A DNA stretch of 64,000 nucleotides from Phoronis australis (Eukaryota; Animalia; Phoronida). This document shows, in pieces, positions 11,601 to 23,600 of this stretch. The first letter of the stretch is position 1. Every line of letters begins with the position of its first letter. The DNA lies in NCBI GenBank assembly GCA_002633005.1, contig NMRA01000050.1, positions 1,124,718 through 1,188,717 on the forward strand. The letters run 5' to 3'. The notes under the pieces were generated by a model, which saw only the letters and a list, made by a program, of their open reading frames with translations, searched no databases and was not told the DNA's origin. The position numbers and the translations under genes were made by a program.

Positions 11601-14600
11601 ATTTTCTATTTCCCAGCTAGTCCTCCTATTTTTACGTATAAAAGTCACGGTTTGATCTGTTGTTACCACTACTATTGCAAGCAAATTTGGCATCATTGGA
11701 ACAGTGATATTTCGGTTTCCAATGTTAAGGTCTTTAAAAAACGTTACTACGCCGCCACTTTTTAGACTATTGGCTCTCGCTTCTCCGAGGGAATCTTTTT
11801 TGTTGAACTCGCAAAATATGTCAACGTGCCCACAAAAAAATGCGTGCTTTTCGTTCCTTCCACCACAATGTCTTTAAGAAATTATCATCCGTAAGAAAGG
11901 TGGTAGACAGAACCCGTCGGCATCAGAAACTTTGGTATTGTTCCTTTTGAATGGAGCAGGGCGAATACTGCAATAAAAAACTGGCTTAAATAAACCACTC
12001 TATTGTGGACTTAAGAGGTTGTTTTTTGTGTCAAATTGGCTTATGAAATTGAATTAAACCCGAAGAATTGTTACACGCGTATCTTCCTGAGGAAATACGT
12101 TAAAATAATAATCAAATACAATGGCATTGTTTCTGTTGTGTTGACCAAGGGAAGTGTGTTTACTGTAGTGAAGGACACACAATTGGTTTATGGCCTGTGA
12201 GCGCCAAAAAAGACTGCAACAACTTTTTAACAATATAAACTTGTTACCTGTTCCTGGAAACTCCTTTGGTGTGGAGTTGAAACTGCGCACGGTACATTCT
12301 GACTACAGCAATATACTACTCATGTTAAAAAACCATTGGCAGCACATAGTGACACAGCCATTCATAACTTCGAGCTGGCGCATTTGATAGAATTTCATGC
12401 CAACAATCCGAAAAAAGGCGATAAGTGTGTGAACCCCTTTTGTCCGAGTTACAAAGACCATTAAAACTCATAAAATATGACGTCGCTTTCGTAAAATGTA
12501 ACACCGGTACATTTTTCGCATAGGTATTCGACTTAAATTGTAACACTTACATAAAATGTAACGACTTATTACGTTTTAGGAGTTACCTAGCAACGTAAAA
12601 TGTAGCAAATGTACGAAATAGTTACATTTTACGGCGTATCACAGCTTACCAGCCAAAAGTTCTCTCTCGTGCCTACACGCGAACATCTTGACAAACCTTG
12701 TTTGAGAACCTGCTCTAACATTAGGTAAATTCTGCAGAAATGAGAGAGTTCTCCAGCGTAGATCAACTTGTAAGAAACAATACTAAAAATTCCAATTTCA
12801 GAAACATCTCATTTAAATTGAGGAGACTGGTACTTTTTGATGTCGCTAGTGTTATTTCCTACAAAATAAGGAGAACGCTATCTAGGTCAAATTTCCAATA
12901 TGTTTAAATGTACCGAAGGGGTACAAGATCGACTACGGAAACATACATGTAGCGAAAGTAGAGGCTCTGAGGTAAAATAAGCAGTTCAATACGTCATGTG
13001 GAAAAACTCCTAACAAGAAGTTAATTGATTGTCGAAATTGACCCTCTGACTGGAGCTTGAAATTTAAATCCTTGTTTCAAAGGACATAATTACCGGTTCA
13101 AACAACTGGTGGGGTCTATGTGTATAAAAATGGCAAATGTAGTTTTCAAGTGTGCTGGCTTACTGTACTTTTTGCCGAAAACTCGCTGATTATCTTAACC
13201 ATATCTCACGATTCTAGCTTGAATGATTTCATCACGAGAATCAATAACAAAATGAAAATGAAGCAGTGAAGTTCAGGATGAATGGTAACTACAAGAATTT
13301 GTCCAAACTGAATCCAGACGGCAATAGGAAATTAACCCTGCAAACTCTCGAGGCCAGTCTCCCGAAATCCCGATAAAGCAGGCGCCTGCAGTAGAATACG
13401 TTGGTCAATCGTGAGGGTTTGCATTCCGCATTCTAATGGGGCTTTTCGGAGAATTCTCCTAGTGGTGATTGAATTGCGCATGCGTCGCTGTCTGCATGTA
13501 AACAGCTGGTAACAAGACGGATTGTTATCAAAAAAACGTCGTCGCGCAAAGCCTTATTATTGCTATTTTTCCTGGTGCAAGTGTTCGACAGGTGGTCACA
13601 AATTACCAAAAGACCTAAGGTTACTACATTCGTGGAGCATTGCGGTCAAAAGCGTCAACCAACTGACAAAAGGTGTGTGGATGCCGAAGTCCCTTTGGTA
13701 AACTACATAACGTAACTTGGTAAGTTCTTAGCAATCAAATTTCTATCGACATCGTTCGATGATGTTATCCCCACCAGTTACCCCATTGAATAACGGGTTT
13801 ATTGAATGGAACTAAGTGTTTCTTCTCGGAAACTCACCCAGGACTCGGATGCCGGGTAGGCTAGCAGCACATAGTCACATATTGTCCTCCAGGGGTGGGA
13901 AAGCGCCCAATATAAGAAGTGTGTGGTACGTGACGCTCAGAAGTCAAGGGTAACCTTTTCACATCTGTTTCTCTTCAAAGCTATGCTATGTCCAATAAAA
14001 TTATCTAGACGAGTGAGTTTCCTTATTTTATGGCGGACTCCACCCACAGGACTACCAGATTAGTTACTGAATTAACATGAATAAGCTATTCAGTAAACGT
14101 CATAAGATTGCATTGAAATAAAAATTGACACTTAGGTACAAGGATTATTAGTTTCTACATATAAACATGAAAATGAAACGTCAAGTATGTTCTGCCTCAC
14201 TAAAGTACTTTTGTCATGTGTTTTCTTTTATAATTTGTTAATATTTCACTGACTATTCTGTTACAGGTAAGAGAAAACGACTGAAACCAGCCGCCTGACC
14301 GTCTATTTTACCTTTGGACAAAGTGAAAAGCAATCCTTCAGCATTAATCTGAGAGACTTGAACATAATTCAGAAATTCAGCCCTTGATATGCCTGATTAT
14401 GGACTCCACTGCATGGGAAAATTACAATTGTTTTTAAAAATAATATTCCTTTATGTACTTTTCTTGCATGTGGAACTTTTGTTGTGGACAAGTTAACAAA
14501 AACTTAAAATTATTCAAGGGCCTTCTTAAGAAAGCTCTAAAAAAATTCCACACACACACAAACAAATCAAATGCAAACAAAGGGAATACTTCATTTTGAT

Positions 14601-17600
14601 CGTTGCACATTTCTAGAGGTCAACAGGAAAACAACAATTCGCAAGCGCAATCGCTAATCATTTCAGCTTTATAAAGAATAAGCACAACTGCACTGTGTGG
14701 GGCTTTAAAACTGAGGAAATATTGTGGTTTCAATAATTAGTGACAAACTTGCCTGTTGATGAAAAGATTATTCGATCATCAAAGTGTAACATTAACGGGC
14801 TTTCTACTGACAAAAAGACAATCGATGTAGTCACTGAATGTCATTTCTTCCAGGTAACCTCATTCAGCCTCAATTAGATTCTTGAAGGTAAACACAACAG
14901 CGTATCACTTGACTCGTTTTGTGCCCAAAATCTGACCCTGAACTACACCAGAGTGCCACTACGTCTTCTTTAGCTTCAATCCAGCATGTTTCTTTCAGGA
15001 AAGGAAATAAGCTATTGTCAACACATAATTTATTGCCTATGAAAGGGCATCCTCACCCACGAGGCTGACTTGTGTAGCAGTCCGATACAGTTCCTCTTCA
15101 TACACAAACAACACGTTGTCTTATGGTAACTTCGTACTGCAATTCACATTTCACCAAAGCCACTGACATGTACATTGTGCCATGCAGCACTATTGGTGTG
15201 TGGAAATGGTGTGGGAACAGAAAGGAGTAACAAAGCTTGTTCGTTGTCTCCGATGAAGAAAGTAGGCTTAAACAACAGATCTACACTGAATTGGAATATC
15301 TTGCTGGTTAGCTGTAGTCAACTGCTTAAAACCAATTTTTGTCCATTCAGGGTCGATGCAGAAGCGATGCATATCTCCTCTGCACGGTACAAGCCCTTAA
15401 ACCTAAAAACCAAAGGTCACGTGAAAACAGACATGATAGATTTTCCTTTCAACGTGTAATAAATTTCCGGAAGACATAGGATAGGGAGTAAACAAACAGT
15501 CTAATGGATATTTACGTATCCTTTGTCGTGGCATTGGGCTTGGATTGTAATCTCACTAAACAATAGCGAGTTAAACATTCAGCATTCATTGATGTAACTG
15601 TTACTGATAAACCTGTTAGAAATCATTCCAAACAATAATACTGCTTTGATGTACTAAAACATCCCGAGTGCTACGTCAGGTATCGTAACGCGCATCACAA
15701 CAAACAAAGATTAACCCGACTGGCGACTGCGGCGAAGTCGACATCGGCGAGTATCACAGTTCACAGGCATCAGTAGAATAAACATGGAATAATCGTTAAA
15801 ATAATCAAAAACCTTTCCTTTGTATATGGTCGTGCTTACTTTCTCTTATAGAAGCACCCTTTTCAATCAATTTAAGATTCAGTTGGCACGCCCACAAGCC
15901 ATTTCACCATGTATTTAAAGGGCTCGCGAAATCGAGGCTGTTAATCTGTCAGCACTAGTACACGCGCGCCCTCTAGTTAATGTAAATTTTCCGAATAGCC
16001 CTATTCTACAATTCTGTGCTAAACGCGAAGATGAAACCTCTACATCGTTGCGACAGGCAATTTTCGTTCTGCGTAATAAACGTTAACGTTAAAATTTATT
16101 TAACTCAAATCCACTTTGGTCCAATAACATCAACCTCCACAAGACTTTAAATATAGTGACGTCTTACCTTAAATATACGTCGAAGTCAGTTTTCAAACCA
16201 GTTCAATTCTTTTGTGTGATACTTGTAACAGAACACCGAATCCAAAATGCTAACGATAGACACTATGTACGACAGTCGATGGAATCTGTGACGACATTCC
16301 TGTGGGAACAACGAAAATACAGTTTGCCGTCGCGCCACATGCGGAAGGGGGTTCTCCTGTTACCGGGTGGCCATTAAAGGACCAGATTGGAATGTCCATT
16401 ACTATTGAAGAAAATGACGTGAGGAAGGCAGAAGGTAAGCTGTTGACACGTCTGCTGCTGCGTTTTTATTCAGTTTTCAATCACTACCTACTATACATTT
16501 GCTACTAAACCATGATGTTTGCCAAATTTGCAGAATACTGTAAGTTACAATATGATAATGCATAAATCCAATGCTATCGACCCCTTCGTCCCAACATTTT
16601 TATCAGTATGTTTATTTTACACAGTTTCAGTGTCTTGGAAAATCATAATTTTGTGAATCGTGTGTTGTTCGTGCGACACCCAGCTTGTAGAAGAGTTTAC
16701 TGAGATCAAGATTTCTAATGGACGTATTCTTGTCAATTTCATGTTTTACATTAAGTCTCAAGTTGGTTACTCAAGATAATGACTATCGTAAAATGAGATT
16801 TTCAAAATTTCTTAAATACAAGTACCCGGTGTATTCTTGAGTTGATGTGGATGATTTCGTTCGGAAAATCTCTGGAGCGAGTGCCCCCAAATCCCCGGAC
16901 AGAGACCCCGTTTCCGTTATCTCACTGACGGAGTACTCATCAGAGGTCTGTGCTCATGAACTTTTCAATTCATATTTAGTTTTTGCCAATTACAGGCTAA
17001 TCTGGTAAGAGTTGATGCTTCAATGTGGATTGATGCAGTTTGAAATTTGAGATATAACATCTAACTCGACAACCCCCAAATACAGGCGACCTAAATGGGG
17101 ATGCGAGTAAAATCGGCAAGGGAGGTGACGATAGTGGGAATTTGAAAATCTGAAACAACCAGAAGGCGAAAATGCTAGCGGCATGGTACCGCAGAAATTC
17201 ACGAAATTGAATTCGCCAGTGCTAATTGAATCTTTTTCACAACTGGTTGTCACTGTCGGGGGAAGAAATCACAATGGTCTACCGTTTGCGTTTTCCACAT
17301 CCCAATCAACAAAGCCACTGTGTTTGTTCCAACAACTCGTGGATAGTGCACCAATGAAACAGGTGGGGCTATACCCCACAACTCCCTGTGGTGCACCACC
17401 TATAGAGCAGGACGGCTGAGTACCGAAAATGTGGGCGGCTATAGCACTGCAGCCCCCTGTTGTGTGCCGCCAATTGTACTGAAGGATCTTTTGATACTCA
17501 TTTCTTCATTCCACAATGTCAATCAAGTTCTACTTACTTTTTCCACTTCCGTCGTCTTCTTTACTTCGGATTATTCTAAAAAACCCTGGATCCACACATC

Positions 17601-20600
17601 CCAATACCACCTCTACTCACAACGGCTCGGACTCACAACTACAACGGCCCACGACCCGCAACCCCTCCACCCATGACCTGTGGCAATAGATGCGCCTTTT
17701 AAGCATTTCATAATCCTTTACGCCGCTGAATGACTTTCCCATAGGACATACCTACACACAAGGAGGCTGTGGCTCAATTTGGTGGTTACAAACAGAAACT
17801 GGCTTGAGAACGTGATCTGTGGCCGCGGTATCGTTGCCACAAAAATAGTTCCACGAGCGATTACCAATAGCACCGCTCTACTGAACTTACCTAGAGAGTG
17901 CGTTAACGGGAATGTTCATGATTTCGAATTTTATTATTTGCTTTCTGTTATATACCCGATCACAATGATTGGGTCCGCTAGGGTCGAGCTGGTGGTGGGG
18001 TGTAGAGGTAGAGGGGATTTAGAGCATTCATTTTCATTACTCTTACTCACCATCCCAGTGAGCGTTTAGAAAGATATTCCGCAATCAATAAAAGCTGGAT
18101 ATCGTGCACGTATAATATGCAACCGCTAAATGTACAGTGTATTTGGTATCAATATGTATTAATATCGTTCTCACTTTGGAACATAAGAAAAAGCGGTTCA
18201 AAACCATAGTTTCTTTTGTTGAAACATACTTGAAATGTCTTCCTCATTCGTTTATTTCTAGGAACATGCCCACCATTGTCAAGATTCAATGTTCAACAAC
18301 AAGTGTGGTTAAACGAGAGCTCGGTCAAAAATGCAACTCTTTGGGTACGACATTTTTAATTCTTAATAACTTGGATTGACGTTGCATCTGTCCTATAAAG
18401 TGAAACGTTATATAGATTCAGAAAGTTCTCCCTTAGACTGTGATGTACTTGTATTGATGTTGTCCATGGTGACGTTTGGTGAACATTAACGCCGAACTAG
18501 TACTTCTGATAATCACATCGATTGTCGGGTTTACAGCAAAGGTGGTCTTAGCAAATATGATATAATTGGTGACAATGGCAATGGCTGTATGCAGTGGTGT
18601 TCCTGCTGAAAATACATGTATGTCATTGAAATTCAATGTGTTCATTCAGTCTCAAGAGTTTGAGAAGCGTGCGGACAACACTGCTGTTCACGTGATATTT
18701 CTTGGTCCGTTCACTTTGCTGAACACAAGTTTGAGTCGCTGGACAATACACTTTAATGGCAGCACATGTAAGGACCCCGGACCCGTCAGTGGAATTCTGG
18801 AAGACAGCCTCGGACATCAGTTTGCAGACGGCACAAATGGGGGTAAGTTGGATTGGTCCTGTGCAGACATTATGAAAATGATAAATTCGTGTCATTTGCA
18901 ACGAAAACGGGATATCCACCACATCAATTGGTCCATGCAAGAAAAGTGAAATTTTCAGAATTTGATTAGCTTTCAGACTTAGAAACTGCGTTTCAAGATT
19001 CGCATCGCGAATCCTTACAGATTTCGTGTGCTGTCACTCAAAGATAATTCCGATGATTCATCAAGCAACTACAATTGTGTGTACCGACAACCTGATTGTT
19101 TAATTGCCATGCAACAGGATTTGAGAACGGAATGCATGTAGTAGATTCAACATATTCATGCAGCAGTGTTGTCAGTGCTTGATTATCACCAGTTACATTT
19201 AATACGGGTTAAATGAAAAATAGGCATCGATATAGGACTTGGAATTGACTGATCGAAATTATTTCTGGTATCTGCTGTTTTTCTTTCTGTTGTTGGCGTG
19301 TTTTACTTCATCTCTTTTAGTTGACGGCATCTGCAAAGACCTACCCTCCGGTAAACTAAACATCTCACTGCACGTGTACACGGTCGGGTACAAAGATGTT
19401 GCTACAGGATTGTTTAGCCCCAACAGATGGATTGTCGAGGAAGTAAGAATGGGTGGTCCTAATGCCGTGGGTATGTTCTTACAGTGTATATCTCTGTTTG
19501 GATAAAGTTATTATAATTAACTTCGGGTAGCATATCGGAATACTGTTAATTTTTTCATTTTCACCCCAAGCATGATAATATCAATAAATATTACACACCT
19601 TTCTGACCAAACTGAGTATCCTTTTTACATGCCCACGTTATAACCAGCACCAGTAGTATCAGAGAACATGTGATCACTTGCCATGAACATGCCATGCTAC
19701 TCCAATGTAAATCAGTCTGTCATGGTATGCCTACCCCAAAGCTGTACTATCACACGGAATATAACCTTTGAAACTGTAGCAATAGGGAAGACGGTCAAGC
19801 TTCTTGTCGATGTCCGTGGTCATTTCCAACAACAGCGTATTTTTATCTATTACGCAATTCATTTTCATCGGCTAAGAACGAAAGTTTTGTTTTCAAACGC
19901 ATTTTCACGAGTACTACCTATTTGCATAACATTTTCAAGTAAAAAATAGCACCTATTTCGTGACGAATATCTAATATGCACCTTTTATCACTACCAAGTA
20001 TTTCCGAAACATCTGCTTATCTGTGCGAGAAGCCCTGTCTATCCCGATACCGTGATCATGATAACCGTGTGTAATAATGATACATTTAGAAATTGTAAAG
20101 CCAGTACTTTCCTGCATGCTGAAGTAATTTCCTCCGTTCCTTTTCAGACCTACTGAATGTGGAACACATCTGCAGCGTCAGCGATTACAACATCCAACAA
20201 TGGTATTGGAACACGGGTGATCCTACAGATGTCGGAAATTTGTCATATGTACGATATTAATAATACCTTTTATACCACAATATTAGCGTCAATCGTGTAA
20301 TAACCCATAAAATTAGTGAGATAACGATTTGGCGGGAAACCGAGGACGGAGTCGAACCCGGGACCCTGGAATTGCTGGACGCCGACTTTACCACTACACC
20401 ATGCAGCGACTGACGTAATCAAGAGTTAAAATAGAATACTTAAATGAGCACGCGCAATAATCGCATGTTCAACAAACCGCATTGTTCTGTATTTATACGC
20501 TACGAAAAATAAGGCACATAATTTCCATAAAAATGATATTTTAATTCAGTGAAACTTTTCTCTCATGTCCTCTTTACTTGTAAATCACCGATCTCCAGTT

Positions 20601-23600
20601 TGAATGCGGGTATCGTGTGGTCAGGATCTTTGACTTGGGAATTATATTCAGTTACCAGTGGTAACCTACTTTAGCAGACGATTTCCCGGTCGAAGCTTAG
20701 CGTGAAAAAAAAAAACGTGTTTTAAGCTATGATAGTTGGTAAACCTTAATTTATTAATTCAATTTATTTATTTTATATTTAAGTTTTCAATTGGTTTTTA
20801 GTAAAAGCATTATTTGACAAAAATAGCCCGGTTTTTCATAAAAGGTCACTACTTCCGACCCCGGGTCTCTGACATAGAAAGTAGTTACAAAGCCTTGGAG
20901 AGTCAGAAAAGGTAAATCGATTCATTACAATGTTTCTCGTTTAGTATGTGGTAACACCCCTAGGGCGATAATTCTCCAAAATCCACGAGGGCTCTAGATA
21001 ACGGGGGATAATGATTTCGCCATGTAATAATCTATATATATTGTAGTATTTCACTGGAACTAGTTACATGATGAGATCGGGAGTTGGCGGATTTTTATTG
21101 CAAGAATACCTACCCTGATTGATAATTATTGACACGTGCCAATCTACCAGACTGCTTAATTAGGTTCAAGGTTTAAGGTCGATTAAGAACATCTATAGCG
21201 TCATTTACAAGTTTGATACTTTTACTTAGTCAATTATTCAATTTCAAATGAAGGAGATACATATGTTTTTCACTACAACCTATTCTTCCTGTGTTATTCA
21301 AGATATAACGTGACTTACTTGATTTACAACCCTTGCCACCCCATGGTGGATAGGGCCTCTTTGACCGAACGCCATCGACTCCTGTTGTTCGCCATCTGTC
21401 TTATTTGCTGCATGTTGTATCCGGTTTCACGGAGTTCGGCTTCCATTGTCAACCTCCACGTTTGGACTAGTCTGCCTCGTCGACGACTTCCATGCGGGTT
21501 ACAGGACAGGGCTTGTTTTGTGATGCTTTCATCAGCTTTTCTGAGGGTGTGTCCCACCCACCTCCATTTTCGCTGTTTTATCTGATATAACGTAGTGAGA
21601 TTTTATCCACAATTCCCTAAAACCGATTGTTGAGCTTGCTAATGCGTTTGTTTTTAGAAGAGTCTTCAAAGTTTTTTCTCAACTAAAGGATAATTCTAAT
21701 ATGAAGATTGATGTGAACGGACCGCGTGCTTTCCGTCACAACGAACAAATCTTAATTCAGGCGAGTTGTCGTTAGGAAAGTTCTCTCAGTTTGATTGGTA
21801 TCAGGCAAACCACCCAAGCTAAAAAAAAATATTCTTCAAATGATGAGGTCCGGCTGAAATAAAGCTCGGTTTCAATGTCGTGTTAATATTCCTAAGTTAT
21901 GTTCCTTCAGGCTAACAAAAAGTCAAAACAGATTCTAATATCAACAGCAGCCATTTTATAATTTCAGAACGCTACTTTCAACAAACAGTCTCCAATCAGT
22001 TATCTCCGCGTTTACTATCAAGGTAACCTGCGCCAGAGTGGAAGATGTTCCACTTGGGGATTCCTGCTGAACGGTGAGCGATGTCAGGATCCGGGGCCAA
22101 TAGCCGGTGGCATTTACACTAGTTATGTACAAAACGGGACAATCGACGACCAGAATCATATGATGATAAGTGAGTCCACATTCGTAATTCGGTTGTTTAG
22201 TGATGACGTATTGGCCACTATTATGACTCAATCTGGGGCCACAAATAGGGCAGTATCAACTCAGTGGTGCTTGATCGCGATGATGAATGCAAATTGGACG
22301 GTAGAGATAAGGTTTGGGGTGGTGAGCAGCGCATGTCTACCTTGTTGCATTTGGGTTTGTTATTGAGGCTATGGAATACATGTTGAATGATAATGTTGAA
22401 AAACACGTAAATGTACTTATGTGGCCCAAAGAGTGCATCAAATGACACTACATGGCCCGATATGTGTATGAAATGGCCTCCAAAGTTAGAAATGAAACTG
22501 ATGTGTAGGTGCACAACGTACTATACTGTAGGCCCGCATAAAATGTTTTTGACAAAGCTCAAGACTTGGAGATACTAAATAAAAGATATTTCTTGACGAA
22601 GTAATAGACTTGGAGAAATTTCATTTCACAGATTTCGAAACAACGTCATCATAATTAACATGATGCAATGCTTAGGCGTATTTTTCTAATTCTTCTTTAA
22701 ATCTTCACTATTCCTCTAACCTACGGAGAAAGCAGACGATTTGAAACACAGCAGGTAATCACTCTAATCTCCGAAATTGTCCAATGTTTCCAAACAGTTC
22801 CGAACCTAATCTGTCTGGTTACAGTTGTGACTTGAGCGCATATTTTGCACATGTGCTGTATGCTGAAGTTGGCAGGTACACACATTCAACGTCATACAGT
22901 GAACAATTTTGAACCACAGGTATTGAATCTGGGGTAACATGTTATTGGTTTAGATTTGGAAGTCATCATCAATTTTGAAGCAATGTTTGAATGAAATATT
23001 ACACTGTATCTGGTTTAGTACTTGCGGTGGCGACTTCGTGGCGACTTGGAATTTTCCCCGGTCGCCACATACAATGTGAAGTCGTACTATAGCAACGTCG
23101 ATACAACAAATGATGATAACTGTAATGAAAGCAAGAGTAATTTTTTTCAAAGGAGACATTATGATATGAATTTCATCGCAGACCCAGTGTATAGGTAACT
23201 GAATGGACCATTTTCAACTGCAATGTAAGTTACACTTTTAAGAGAAATTATTGAGATTTGTAGACTCTTTTTTGGCAAACATTAGAGACTAAAGCGAGTT
23301 TTTTGATAGCTGAATACCACTTGAGCGACAATCAAATAGTTAAAATGTTCGGACTCAAGAAAAAAAGATTATGACGTCACACTAATTCATCTTCCTTCTT
23401 CACTGTTACTAAATTTTCGATATATTTTTGAAAAACACATTATAAATGACCTCAATAATCGGAAAGGCGATACAATACACGCGTGCCAGACATGCTTGGT
23501 ACATGTACATTGAAATAATGGGCCTGTACACCTTGCTCGTCTGAGCACTTCGCAGACACTATGCCCCCATTTCGTTATCATTATCGTTTAAGCCCATAGG

